64,000 nucleotides of DNA from a virus (IMGVR_UViG_3300042154_002686:1-64000), one strand, 5' to 3'; counted from the stretch's first letter, positions 1 through 8,846 are shown. Numbers and translations: made by a program. Notes: generated by a model from the letters alone, not told the origin.

Positions 1-240
1 CCCCTTGGCCTTTCGTAGAAGTTCAGCAAACTCCCAAGCCCGAAGGTCTTGTCTTTCGTGGCGTTCATCAAGGTCGATGATAGTCAAATCAATGGCCTTG
101 GTCAGCCGCTCGACCTCGGCCTTGAGTTGTTCCTTCTGGGTATCAAGAATCATGTAGTCCTCGTAAGCCACAAGCATGCCTTTAACATCAGTCTTGGCAA
201 CACCGTCTCCAATTGGGCTATATCGTTGTACTTCGCTCAC
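1..240 (-). CDS. hypothetical protein, runs off window edge
   Basis: GTG at 240 overlapping stop of the 237-443 ORF (GTGA coupling); open frame MSEVQRYSPIGDG... to position 1. Confidence 0.55.
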   Translation of the reverse strand, partial: MSEVQRYSPIGDGVAKTDVKGMLVAYEDYMILDTQKEQLKAEVERLTKAIDLTIIDLDERHERQDLRAWEFAELLRKAKG

Positions 241-443
241 TGCTTGTATCCCTCGCACATTTCAGACAGGCGGAAGGAAGCCTCATGGCAAGCCATGCGA
301 GCCTCTTCGTCCTTGAATGTGGCATGCTTGTTAATCATAGAAAGGAAATTAATCACTTCAGCCTTTAACTTTTCATTCTTTTCCACCTGCTCAATAAGAA
401 GGCTTTCTTGAATGAAGGTAACTTCTAGTGGCTTTTCCCTCAC
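237..443 (-). CDS. hypothetical protein
   Basis: ORF track; 4-nt overlaps with both neighbours. Confidence 0.6.
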   Translation of the reverse strand: MREKPLEVTFIQESLLIEQVEKNEKLKAEVINFLSMINKHATFKDEEARMACHEASFRLSEMCEGYKQ

Positions 444-745
444 TTGCTGTTCCTCAAGTCTGAATCAAAACCACGGGCTTTAGACCAATTGGTAAGTTCT
501 TCCTTATAATTTTTTGCACAAGCAAATTTTGCCGTCTTTGCGGCAAGTTTATCTCCAGCAATGCGAAGTGCAACAAGTTCTTTTGTCAATTGGGCCACCT
601 GCTCTTGGTGATTGGACTTAACCACCGTAAGGTGGTCTTGGTACTCGTCAGCACGAAGCCAGTACCCATCAATTGCATTATCTGGAGCCTTTGTAATAAC
701 AAATTGTCCAGTAATGTTAAACTTTCTCGGAAGAGGATAGTCCAT
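440..745 (-). CDS. hypothetical protein
   Basis: ORF track; tightly packed minus-strand operon. Confidence 0.65.
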   Translation of the reverse strand: MDYPLPRKFNITGQFVITKAPDNAIDGYWLRADEYQDHLTVVKSNHQEQVAQLTKELVALRIAGDKLAAKTAKFACAKNYKEELTNWSKARGFDSDLRNSK

Positions 746-746
746 T

Positions 747-1037
747 TTACTTTTTCTTTTTCTTTGCAGTTAGTTCCATGTTTTCTTTATGGAGTTTTTC
801 GTTGTTATTAGACAACTCACGGCAAAGTTCTCCCAGACGAATAACTTCCTTATTAAGGAATTCAAGGTGCTGGGCACGATATCCGTATCCTCCATTCTTC
901 ATCATTTCAACAATTGTGGCTTCCTTGTCGGCAATCGTCTTTTCACGCTCTTCAAGGACTCCGCACAACTTTGCATAAGCAAGTTGCATGTCACTTTTAG
1001 ACGGTGAGTTAAAAAAGTCTGTAATTTGTTTAATCAT
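747..1037 (-). CDS. hypothetical coiled-coil protein
   Basis: ORF track; tight packing. Confidence 0.65.
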   Translation of the reverse strand: MIKQITDFFNSPSKSDMQLAYAKLCGVLEEREKTIADKEATIVEMMKNGGYGYRAQHLEFLNKEVIRLGELCRELSNNNEKLHKENMELTAKKKKK

Positions 1038-1255
1038 TTTTGTGGTTTTGGTTGGTGGTTGTTTTTAATCAGCCATTGCTCTCGGTCAAAAGAGTCATCG
1101 CATACATCCATCATAGCATAAAACTGCTTGGAGTCAAGCGAAACCGAATACTTTATTCCGTCCTTAGTCTGAGTCATTTGATAACTCTTTGACTGAAAGC
1201 AATACCCCCACTTGGGGGGCTTGTCTGATATTTTCTTAGCCGTGGCCTTAGCCAT
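1034..1255 (-). CDS. hypothetical protein
   Basis: ORF track; stop/start overlaps. Confidence 0.65.
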   Translation of the reverse strand: MAKATAKKISDKPPKWGYCFQSKSYQMTQTKDGIKYSVSLDSKQFYAMMDVCDDSFDREQWLIKNNHQPKPQK

Positions 1256-1461
1256 TAAGCGTTGCCAAGGATATATCCAGCGACAGCGGCATCGAGCGTC
1301 TTCTTGCCACCGTTGTGTTCCTTACAGGCAAGGAGAACCTTGCTTTCGACATAGCGGTCTAACGCCATGGCAAAGTCTGCGGAGATACGCTTTCCGTGGC
1401 TCTTTGCGAACTTACGGATGGTGGAGGTCTTAACATATGTGGTTTTAGTGGATGAGGCCAT
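1255..1461 (-). CDS. histone-fold protein (bacterial/phage histone type)
   Basis: 68 aa; YVKTSTIRKFAKSHGKRISADFAMALDRYVESKVLLACKEHNGGKKTLDA follows the prokaryotic histone-fold pattern (helix 1, RIS-D loop, long helix 2, G-KKT-hydrophobic loop). Confidence 0.65.
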   Translation of the reverse strand: MASSTKTTYVKTSTIRKFAKSHGKRISADFAMALDRYVESKVLLACKEHNGGKKTLDAAVAGYILGNA

Positions 1462-1488
1462 TTGGTTTTGTTGGTTTGGGGTTAAAAA

Positions 1489-1755
1489 TTAGATATATCG
1501 GTCGGATTTCATAAATTCATCGACCCACGCATTGGCTTCTTGGCTTTCTTCCCAAGTGTATGTGGGGAGCATCAAGAACGAAGCGTACCACTTGTCAATA
1601 TCAACTTGACTTGGAGTTTGACGCTTTTGGTATCCGTCAATAATCTTGCTTCCTCGCAGAATTAGAGTTTGGATTTTGTGCCTCATGTGGAGGCACTTTT
1701 CTTCGAGTTTGGCGTTTTCAGCCTTTAGTGATTCAATTGTTTCTTGGTCGTTCAT
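1489..1755 (-). CDS. hypothetical protein
   Basis: start moved to ATG 1755, downstream of TTGACA-16-CATTAT promoter. Confidence 0.6.
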   Translation of the reverse strand: MNDQETIESLKAENAKLEEKCLHMRHKIQTLILRGSKIIDGYQKRQTPSQVDIDKWYASFLMLPTYTWEESQEANAWVDEFMKSDRYI

Positions 1756-1806
1756 GGTGTAACGACACATAATGCAAATTTTTGCAGTCTTGTCAAGCGA
1801 AAACAA

Positions 1807-2151
1807 TCAGTCCCCGCAGTAGTCATCACGGGGGTCGTCGTAATCGTCATTCCTGTCCGAGATATCAACGCTCTCCATCTCCTTGTATACCAAGTCGGAT
1901 ATGGCATCCTCAAGACGCAGGTTGAGGGCAATGTCAGCCACCTCCTCTGTCGTGCCGTCTTCGTGGCACAGGGAGGCCGTAATGCTCCATCCCGTGGGTG
2001 TGGCGTAGTCGTGTCCAGAGTCAAAGCCCTTAGCCCCCCAGTATTCGTATGCCCCAATGCCGTCATTATCCAACTCGTATTCGACAGTAACGCCAATAGA
2101 GTAGAATTTTCCCTCGTATTCAAACGAGTCGATTTCAAAGTCGTGAGTCAT
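1807..2151 (-). CDS. acidic hypothetical protein
   Basis: ORF track; own promoter TTGCTT-16-TACACT upstream. Confidence 0.7.
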   Translation of the reverse strand: MTHDFEIDSFEYEGKFYSIGVTVEYELDNDGIGAYEYWGAKGFDSGHDYATPTGWSITASLCHEDGTTEEVADIALNLRLEDAISDLVYKEMESVDISDRNDDYDDPRDDYCGD

Positions 2152-2237
2152 GGTTTTGATTGATGAAAGCCAGTGTATGCTGTTTTTCTAAAAAAGCAAG
2201 CACCAATCTTCACTTTCTCAAGGGGTTGCGAATTTGC

Positions 2238-2266
2238 TTGACACGAACAAGGAAGGTCTGTATAAT
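2238..2266 (+). promoter_or_regulatory. consensus sigma70 promoter, antisense to the minus-strand genes
   Basis: TTGACA(2238)-17 nt-TATAAT(2261). Confidence 0.55.
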
Positions 2267-2312
2267 TGATTCTTAATCACTTTACAAGCACTGCCGTAAG
2301 GCATGTGCGACC

Positions 2313-2435
2313 TTATCTAAGCACATCATCATCAATATCATAATCCTCGTCAAACCAGTACTCTTGGCTATCTTCATCATAGTCATCTGAAGACGACCAC
2401 CCAGAATCATTGTCCTCTTCATCATCTGGGTCCAT
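2313..2435 (-). CDS. 40-aa hyperacidic peptide
   Basis: MDPDDEEDNDSGWSSSDDYDEDSQEYWFDEDYDIDDDVLR; ATG overlaps stop of upstream ORF. Confidence 0.55.
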   Translation of the reverse strand: MDPDDEEDNDSGWSSSDDYDEDSQEYWFDEDYDIDDDVLR

Positions 2436-2701
2436 TATAGAGAGAGGTTATTGGCTTTCATAAATGCCTTACAGGCATTTATATGTTTACACTGATAAGG
2501 CTTCATCCATAAGAAATAGTCCTTCTGCCTGTACTCCCAGTCCTCACATGAGCACTCGTACCTGCCATCGTTCTCAAGCAGGTCTACAAGGTGAACTACA
2601 TCCTCACGGGACTCGCTCCACACAAGAAACCTGTGTGTGCAGTCATAAAACTCTACCTCAAGGCTCTTGTGTGACGATGATTGGGGCTTTCTTTCCAGCA
2701 T
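2435..2701 (-). CDS. SWIM zinc-finger protein (start uncertain)
   Basis: YECSCEDW...CKHI = CxC...CxH SWIM motif. Confidence 0.65.
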   Translation of the reverse strand: MLERKPQSSSHKSLEVEFYDCTHRFLVWSESREDVVHLVDLLENDGRYECSCEDWEYRQKDYFLWMKPYQCKHINACKAFMKANNLSL

Positions 2702-2924
2702 ATGCTATGCCTCGGACTGTATTGTATTCGTAGAATTCAAGGGCTTCATCATAGTCCATTCCGTCATTTTCTTGGAGAGACATGAGAATCTTAGATTCAG
2801 AGTAAACAATAAGTCCTTCACTTGAGAGGCCAATGATGGCCTCGTCAAAGGTTGATGCTGGTTCAAGTCTTAATGCCTTTGGGTCAGCGTTTTCAAGGAG
2901 TTCTTTAATTCTTTCTTTGCTCAT
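2658..2924 (-). CDS. conserved-looking phage hypothetical protein
   Basis: FDEAIIG...VYSESKI...DGMDYDEALEFYEYN pattern. Confidence 0.7.
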   Translation of the reverse strand: MSKERIKELLENADPKALRLEPASTFDEAIIGLSSEGLIVYSESKILMSLQENDGMDYDEALEFYEYNTVRGIAYAGKKAPIIVTQEP

Positions 2925-2930
2925 TATGGT

Positions 2931-3248
2931 TCAAATTTCAACTTTTCTGTAGCCTTCACGCCAGAGCGTCTTGGATATCAAATTAGATATACGCTCAATT
3001 CCTTCTTCGGTAATCTCTGGCTGTGCTTCGTGCAGTATTTCGTGAACAAGCGTGTCAATCATTTCGCTAGGTTCCTGGCGAGGGTCAATCTTGATACAGC
3101 CTTTATCCCAAGTTCCAAACGGAGTCTTAGATGTTCCGCACTTGCGGAGTTTCGGCCTCGATGACCCAAGTTTCGTATAAACGACCTTGGGCAGTTCGTC
3201 ATCCTTCATCTTGGATAACTTCTTCATACGGAAGGTCTGGGTCAACAT
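2931..3248 (-). CDS. small HExxH zinc-metallopeptidase-like protein
   Basis: DTLVHEILHEAQPEITEE motif. Confidence 0.6.
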   Translation of the reverse strand: MLTQTFRMKKLSKMKDDELPKVVYTKLGSSRPKLRKCGTSKTPFGTWDKGCIKIDPRQEPSEMIDTLVHEILHEAQPEITEEGIERISNLISKTLWREGYRKVEI

Positions 3249-3441
3249 GCCAATAAGAAAGCATCTTGCATTTTAAACAAATGCTTGATGCCCTCCACAT
3301 TTTGCACACCGAGCCAGTATAAAGGTCTGTTCTTTTTGCTATGTTTACTGTCGCAAACGCCCAAGACTTATCCCCACAATACTCACACTCTGAATCTGGC
3401 TGAATATTCATAGTTATATTGTATTTGGGGAAGTCGCTCAC
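3199..3441 (-). CDS. hypothetical Cys-rich protein
   Basis: CEYC...CLKC; coupled to upstream ORF. Confidence 0.55.
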   Translation of the reverse strand: MSDFPKYNITMNIQPDSECEYCGDKSWAFATVNIAKRTDLYTGSVCKMWRASSICLKCKMLSYWHVDPDLPYEEVIQDEG

Positions 3442-3824
3442 TGTCTGGCTGAATGTCTACTCGGCACATAATTAAGTGCCTTAAGGTGCTTATCTCTCAT
3501 AACCCTTGATGTTTCAGCGTCCTTTGCCAACGGCTTGACTATGGTCTTTCCAGCAATCGTGACCTTTAAATAGAAGATACCACGGGGGTCTGGCTTAATC
3601 ATATGATGGTTCTCCCTGTTGACGACAACATTTGGGTCGGTTGGAGTCGGGGCGATTTCAATACGCTTCCCATTTGCGTCAAACTCATACTCTGTACCTG
3701 CACGGAGGAGTTGCTGAAGACGCTCTGCGGTAAAGCCGAGGTAGTTGCCTCTGAACTTTTGTTCATCAGTAACTGGGCGTTCTTTGCCGCCAACGAATGG
3801 ATTTAATTGTTCTTGGTTATTCAT
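3438..3824 (-). CDS. hypothetical protein, possible arm-type DNA-binding domain
   Basis: NHH...GIFYLKVTIAGKTIVKPL...AETSRVMRD resembles beta-sheet DNA-binding (integrase arm/AP2-like) folds. Confidence 0.5.
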   Translation of the reverse strand: MNNQEQLNPFVGGKERPVTDEQKFRGNYLGFTAERLQQLLRAGTEYEFDANGKRIEIAPTPTDPNVVVNRENHHMIKPDPRGIFYLKVTIAGKTIVKPLAKDAETSRVMRDKHLKALNYVPSRHSARQ

Positions 3825-4041
3825 TTGGATATTTTTGGGAAATTTTTTGTTTAAGTTCTTCGCAGTGCTTGAAGACTAACTCGTCACGGTCTGCAATCTG
3901 CTGTTCAAGGAATACAATTCTCTTGTAAAGCACATCAACAAGGTCTCTGTTTTCCAGTGCCATTTCGATGACTTCTGGTCTGCAAGCCAGCAATACTGCG
4001 GCGGCTTCAATTGAGCATGAGGTATTTTTGATTAACGACAT
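3817..4041 (-). CDS. hypothetical protein
   Basis: ORF track; overlap with neighbour. Confidence 0.55.
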   Translation of the reverse strand: MSLIKNTSCSIEAAAVLLACRPEVIEMALENRDLVDVLYKRIVFLEQQIADRDELVFKHCEELKQKISQKYPNE

Positions 4042-4063
4042 TGTAAATGTTTTTTAAAAATTG

Positions 4064-4780
4064 TCAAGCCGATTCTTCATCAGACTTCTTTTTCTTCTTT
4101 TTCTTGGGCTTCTCAACGGTCTCAACAAGGCCAATCTCGTTTTTCTGCTGGGATTCCATTTCGGAAAACCACTTAAGCGAGTCCTCATTCTGCTTTTTGT
4201 TGTTTTCAATCACTTCCTTGCCGTCAACAAAATCCCAAAGAGTGGGGATGCGTGTTCTTCCAGACTCGGCAGGGAACCAAGCCTCAGAGTAAGCCCAGTT
4301 TTCAACATCCTTTGCCTCAAACATGTCCGACTTCATTAGAAGTTGGATTTCGTCAAATGTAGCACCAATGTCCGTTGCCAACTTATCCATTGGGATTTTA
4401 TGGGTTTCGACTAATTCACGGACATACTCGCTCATTCGGAACGCAAGGTGCGTACCCTTGGCTCGATTAATACGAACGGTAATAATCATGGCCTCAACAT
4501 CAGTAATGTCAAGGATGGCACAAGGAACCTTGCCGTGGTACTTTGAACGAAGGCTGGGGGAAAGGCGACTGAGCGTCCAGCGATGGAAGCCGTCAATGAT
4601 TACATTGTTCTTGTTTACAAGGATTGGCTGAATCCATCCAGTCAGAAGGATAGAACGCTCAATGAGGTTCATTTCTGCATTCATAACCCTGTTTGGGTTA
4701 TAGTGATTGGCTACGAGTTTGTCGCAGTCAATCCACTGGATATTCTCGACAGGCTCGAGTGTGCGTGGTGTGTTGGTCAT
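4064..4780 (-). CDS. ParB/Srx-fold protein, IbrB-like
   Basis: ANHYNPN...GWIQPILV...IIDGFHRW...TVRINRAKGTH; ATGA coupling to upstream gene at 4777-4780. Confidence 0.85.
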   Translation of the reverse strand: MTNTPRTLEPVENIQWIDCDKLVANHYNPNRVMNAEMNLIERSILLTGWIQPILVNKNNVIIDGFHRWTLSRLSPSLRSKYHGKVPCAILDITDVEAMIITVRINRAKGTHLAFRMSEYVRELVETHKIPMDKLATDIGATFDEIQLLMKSDMFEAKDVENWAYSEAWFPAESGRTRIPTLWDFVDGKEVIENNKKQNEDSLKWFSEMESQQKNEIGLVETVEKPKKKKKKKSDEESA

Positions 4781-5865
4781 AGAAGTTTTGTCCATTCCTT
4801 TTGGCTCTTGCGGTAAGGGAGAAGAAGTTTCCATATCTGTCCTCTTACGAAATATTTAAGCACATAGTCAAACGGATAATTATTCATGTCCTTGTTTCTT
4901 TCAGACTCGCTCAATTTTCCAATCTGCGTGAGTCTATGGAGGGCCAAGTCTCTGGACTTGCCCTCTTCGTAGTGCTCCACGATGTACTTGTGTATGCCAG
5001 CCCAATCCTTGCCGTATTTGGCTTGAACGCCAGCATCATTGCGAGACTCGGAGTATCTGTCGTGCGTTGCTTGGTCTGGGAAAATCTTAAGCAGTTGGTC
5101 GTAGAACTGTGGGTCAATCTGACGAAGTTTCTTGAGGTGACGAATCTTCTCTGGATGAAGGAATGGAGATGTTCTCAAGTCCATCTTTGCATAGAGTTGC
5201 CAGTCGTAGACCTTGCTGTACGGAAGTTTGTTGTCGTAAAGATACTTTAGAACATCTCGCTCTTCCCAGTCGTACATGGGCTTGCAGAGCGTTGCACTTT
5301 TAACGCCATTTGATTTGTTGATGTAGTTTTCAACAAGTTTATTAACTGAACCACGCCAGCGGAAACGGGACTCTGAGGCACGGATGCCGTTCATCTGGGC
5401 TACCTTGCCCGTGAACCACTGGCACTGATAACGCTCAATCTCGTCCGCCCACCATTCAAGGTTCCAAATGTCCTGTGTTGGACGAATGGCATATTCTGGT
5501 ATTGGACGCATCGTCTCACGGTTCTTGAAGTCCCACTGGCGATATTCAATGGGTTTGTCAAAGACATAGCGGAGAGAGGGTTCTGGTATAAGAAGGTGAT
5601 GCATACGCACCCAAGGGAAAGACGCATAGTGGCGGACAAAATCCACCGTATTACCAAGAGTAAACTCGTCATGTCTGAATACACAATTAACGAAGTTAAG
5701 ACCTCGCTCTTGTGCAACTTCCCAAGCAAGATGAGCGAGAACCTGTGAGTCCTTTCCTCCAGAAAATAGAACAATCGGAGTATCGTGCGTATCATAGATG
5801 TGGTGTATCCTTTCCTTTGCGGCAGTAAGGACATTTATCCCCATTGGGGATTTATATCGACTCAT
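4777..5865 (-). CDS. PAPS-reductase-like PP-loop protein, IbrA-like
   Basis: FSGGKDS PP-loop; GIRASESRFR; KPMYDWEERDV. Confidence 0.85.
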   Translation of the reverse strand: MSRYKSPMGINVLTAAKERIHHIYDTHDTPIVLFSGGKDSQVLAHLAWEVAQERGLNFVNCVFRHDEFTLGNTVDFVRHYASFPWVRMHHLLIPEPSLRYVFDKPIEYRQWDFKNRETMRPIPEYAIRPTQDIWNLEWWADEIERYQCQWFTGKVAQMNGIRASESRFRWRGSVNKLVENYINKSNGVKSATLCKPMYDWEERDVLKYLYDNKLPYSKVYDWQLYAKMDLRTSPFLHPEKIRHLKKLRQIDPQFYDQLLKIFPDQATHDRYSESRNDAGVQAKYGKDWAGIHKYIVEHYEEGKSRDLALHRLTQIGKLSESERNKDMNNYPFDYVLKYFVRGQIWKLLLPYRKSQKEWTKLL

Positions 5866-6173
5866 TTAATTTGAGAGATTGCGACTATTAGTTTATTGGC
5901 AAGAGTCCTTAATGTGGAAACATTGTAATTGACATACTCATCGTCTAACTGAAATGACAGTTCGCCAGCAATGTTTTGTGCGGTCTGTACCTTGTCCTTA
6001 CGAGCCTTATGCCTGTCTACGATATCAACTGCTTGCTCGTATGCAATGGAAACAATTGGAGAGGGGTAATCTTTGCCTTCTTTTTCAAGTTTGCTAATTC
6101 TTGCCTTTGCTCTTGCAACTTGGTGTCTGAGCAGTGTTTCCCCTTCTGACTTTGGGGTATAGTTATGCGGCAT
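5862..6173 (-). CDS. hypothetical protein
   Basis: ORF track; coupled. Confidence 0.65.
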   Translation of the reverse strand: MPHNYTPKSEGETLLRHQVARAKARISKLEKEGKDYPSPIVSIAYEQAVDIVDRHKARKDKVQTAQNIAGELSFQLDDEYVNYNVSTLRTLANKLIVAISQIK

Positions 6174-6402
6174 CTTCGGTCTTGTTTAGAACTTCGTCTT
6201 GGAGAAAGCGGTCAATACGCTCTCCGATAGTTCTGACCTTTGGGTACTTCTTTCTGCACAGTTTTATAAAGGCATAGAATCTCTTTAACTCTTCTTCCTC
6301 TTGGAATACGATATTGTATGCAACAACAGGTTTACCAATCCACCCGTGCTCTCCGCCAGTGGCAAAAGCATCGTTGTTCATAGTTGTTTCTTGATTATCC
6401 AT
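6163..6402 (-). CDS. hypothetical protein
   Basis: ORF track; coupled. Confidence 0.65.
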   Translation of the reverse strand: MDNQETTMNNDAFATGGEHGWIGKPVVAYNIVFQEEEELKRFYAFIKLCRKKYPKVRTIGERIDRFLQDEVLNKTEDAA

Positions 6403-6808
6403 ATTTTGATGTTTTTATTGGGTTTGGACCATTATCTGTCTCTCGAAGGAGAGGCAGGTCAAATTTGTTAGCATAATGCTGTATGTCGTATCTGCTGATG
6501 TTGCATCCAGCCAACGGAGCATACTTTAGCGAAACTTCCGTTGCTGTCAAGTCTAATTCAAGACCTTCGGAGTAAGCCTTGATAATCCACTCCTGTCTAT
6601 CAGAGTTGATAGAGAAGTCTCGCCCGTTTGGGTTCTTTAATCCACGGGAACGCATATAAGCACGAAGTGCCGCTTCGGTTATGTTATACTTGACTGCGGT
6701 GTAGACAAGGCTTGACCCTTTGTTGTCAACAAGATGCTGATAAGCATCCTTGACAAGTTGCCTTCTTTTTTCCAAACTAAACCGCTGTTTAGTTTTTGAC
6801 TTGAACAT
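6395..6808 (-). CDS. HTH DNA-binding protein (possibly tandem HTH)
   Basis: SLVYTAVKYNITEAALRAYMR HTH-like; second similar unit in C-terminal half. Confidence 0.55.
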   Translation of the reverse strand: MFKSKTKQRFSLEKRRQLVKDAYQHLVDNKGSSLVYTAVKYNITEAALRAYMRSRGLKNPNGRDFSINSDRQEWIIKAYSEGLELDLTATEVSLKYAPLAGCNISRYDIQHYANKFDLPLLRETDNGPNPIKTSKYG

Positions 6809-6812
6809 CGTT

Positions 6813-7031
6813 TTACTTGAACCTGTCGTTCTTCAAGGCTTCAACCTTTTCTTCTGGAGTCATCTTGGCAAACTGTTGCCACATCTTTGTAAGTCTAATC
6901 GTGTAAAGCGTTGTTGAAAACACTTGATAAAGGGTGTAAGCCCCCATAAGGAAGCAAGCCAAAAACATGATTCCGCCACAGTAGATTAAAATCTTGGCTA
7001 CGAATGTAAAGACAAATGTCAGTTCTTCCAT
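6813..7031 (-). CDS. small membrane protein
   Basis: hydrophobic N-terminal stretch. Confidence 0.6.
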   Translation of the reverse strand: MEELTFVFTFVAKILIYCGGIMFLACFLMGAYTLYQVFSTTLYTIRLTKMWQQFAKMTPEEKVEALKNDRFK

Positions 7032-7032
7032 T

Positions 7033-7227
7033 TTAAGACTTTATCTGAGAGGCAAGGGTTTTGTTCTTCCTGTAAGCCTCCCAGCGTTTAAGAACAGCCG
7101 CACGGCAAACCGCTGAAGGTCTACGCTTGGAGTCGCCCCGTCCAGCCATTCCGCCAATGCGACCAAGTATCTTGGCGGCTTCACGGATTGCTTGCGACTT
7201 TTCTGTATCGTGCTGTTCTTTGTTCAT
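7033..7227 (-). CDS. small basic protein (LGRxGG type)
   Basis: AAKILGRIGGMAGRGDSKRR...RAAVLKRW. Confidence 0.65.
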   Translation of the reverse strand: MNKEQHDTEKSQAIREAAKILGRIGGMAGRGDSKRRPSAVCRAAVLKRWEAYRKNKTLASQIKS

Positions 7228-7289
7228 GTTATGCAAGTGTTTGGGTTTGTCAACCTTCACAACCAGTATGGTATGGTTGTATCTGGAAG

Positions 7290-7640
7290 TCAAGGAGAAT
7301 CTTCCACAATGTCCCCATTCTCATCGATTCGATAATACTTCTTTTTGCGATTTTTCTTACCAAAGCGAGCCTCCTCCTCTTCTTTGACAATTTTTTCTCC
7401 GTCTTTAATCCAACCGTTAATAATGTAAATGATAACAAAGATGGCACAGGCTGGCCCAAAGATTGGGCCTCCCGCCACCATTATGAGGGAAAGGGGAATG
7501 GCGTAAAGGCAGTAGAGAACCCAGCCAAAACTTTCTCCGTATCCCTTGGGAAGGTTTGACTCCTGTTCTTTAAGTTGAACGAGTGCGTCACGCTGACGGA
7601 GGTATTCTTCGATACGCTTTGCTTCTTCGGGGGTGTTCAT
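7290..7640 (-). CDS. two-TM membrane protein
   Basis: two hydrophobic helices; leaderless start after TTGACA-17-TATGGT. Confidence 0.65.
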   Translation of the reverse strand: MNTPEEAKRIEEYLRQRDALVQLKEQESNLPKGYGESFGWVLYCLYAIPLSLIMVAGGPIFGPACAIFVIIYIINGWIKDGEKIVKEEEEARFGKKNRKKKYYRIDENGDIVEDSP

Positions 7641-7756
7641 AGACCAGCACCATAGTGGCAAGTGCTTGCGCTGTCAAGCACCTTTCTTCAGACCCAAGTT
7701 TGGGGTACTAAAAATATACGCTTGACAACCCAAGCGATTGACACATACCCAATGGT

Positions 7757-8077
7757 ATGAGTAATAAAGAAGTCATTAGAAAGGCATTTGACCAAGTGTG
7801 CAACGCTATGGCCGAATTAGACCACGCAAAAGTGCAACTGGCTGACCTGCATTACAGAGCAGAGAAGGTTGAAGATACGGCCATGGTGCTCAATAAGGTG
7901 TCCGAGACGGCAGAGCCGTCAAGTGATAGCCATGAGTTCGTCTTTATACAGCACGAAAGAGCCAAGAATGACTTAAGGGAGGCTTTAGCATCCAATACCA
8001 AGGACTCAATAGCCCAAAGCCTTGGACAGGCTTATAACGCCACAAGCGATGCCTTTACTGTCATAAAGCAAATCTAA
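7757..8077 (+). CDS. hypothetical helical protein
   Basis: only credible plus-strand gene left of 42.8 kb; TTGACA(7722)-16-CATACC promoter; hairpin CGCCTTGG..CCAAGGCG after stop. Confidence 0.7.
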   Translation: MSNKEVIRKAFDQVCNAMAELDHAKVQLADLHYRAEKVEDTAMVLNKVSETAEPSSDSHEFVFIQHERAKNDLREALASNTKDSIAQSLGQAYNATSDAFTVIKQI

Positions 8078-8167
8078 AGAAAACCGCCTTGGAAGACCCA
8101 AGGCGTAAAAGACCCACCACAGGTCTTATTGTCGATAATACACAAAACCAACAAACTTTGGGGGGTG

Positions 8168-8545
8168 TCAACTCTTCCGCCTCTTAACCTTAGTTGACTT
8201 AAGTTTATTTCTATTGTAAAGTCTGATACATGTGGCCGCAAACACTATGCTTCCAAAGGCAGACACCGATATTCCGACTAACTGAAAGTTGTTAATTATA
8301 CCTCTGACCGCCTCAACGCTGACCGTTTCCGTCTCTGTCTGAATTCCAGCATCCGTAACAATGGCAACCGCACTATTTACATCTCTAAGTGCGTTAAAAC
8401 CAGCAACAACATAAGAGGTAGCCATCACCCCCGCAAGCCCAAAAGCCAGCAGGAAAAGCGATTGGGTTGCGATTATTGTCTCACTTACGCTTCCGTTGCT
8501 TTCTGCTATTTTTGCTTTCTTTTTCATCGGTAAGTCCTTTGGCAA
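8168..8545 (-). CDS. two-TM membrane protein (lysis cluster?)
   Basis: two hydrophobic segments, basic C-terminus. Confidence 0.6.
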   Translation of the reverse strand: MPKDLPMKKKAKIAESNGSVSETIIATQSLFLLAFGLAGVMATSYVVAGFNALRDVNSAVAIVTDAGIQTETETVSVEAVRGIINNFQLVGISVSAFGSIVFAATCIRLYNRNKLKSTKVKRRKS

Positions 8546-8846
8546 ATCGTTTTCTGATGTTTTCCATTATCTCTGGTGCTCCAGCACCAGCGGTAGACAT
8601 TATAATTGACTTGTGAAGCCCACTAATGCTAGTTCCATATAATGCAAAGTACACAATTACTCCAACAATAGCACCCGCTATGACCTTTCTGAGATAGTAG
8701 ATAACGGGGTGACTTTCATCTGTAAGCAACATTCTGGCAAGCATGCCAGCACCACCCAACAAGGACACGACCCACCCGCCACGCTTGAACTCTTCAGCGG
8801 CAAGGGCAAAATCTGGGTCAGTCGGAGGTGGGGGGGGAGGTGTCAT
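8481..8846 (-). CDS. putative holin
   Basis: about 3 TM segments, basic C-terminal tail, located at end of late operon. Confidence 0.55.
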   Translation of the reverse strand: MTPPPPPPTDPDFALAAEEFKRGGWVVSLLGGAGMLARMLLTDESHPVIYYLRKVIAGAIVGVIVYFALYGTSISGLHKSIIMSTAGAGAPEIMENIRKRFAKGLTDEKESKNSRKQRKRK

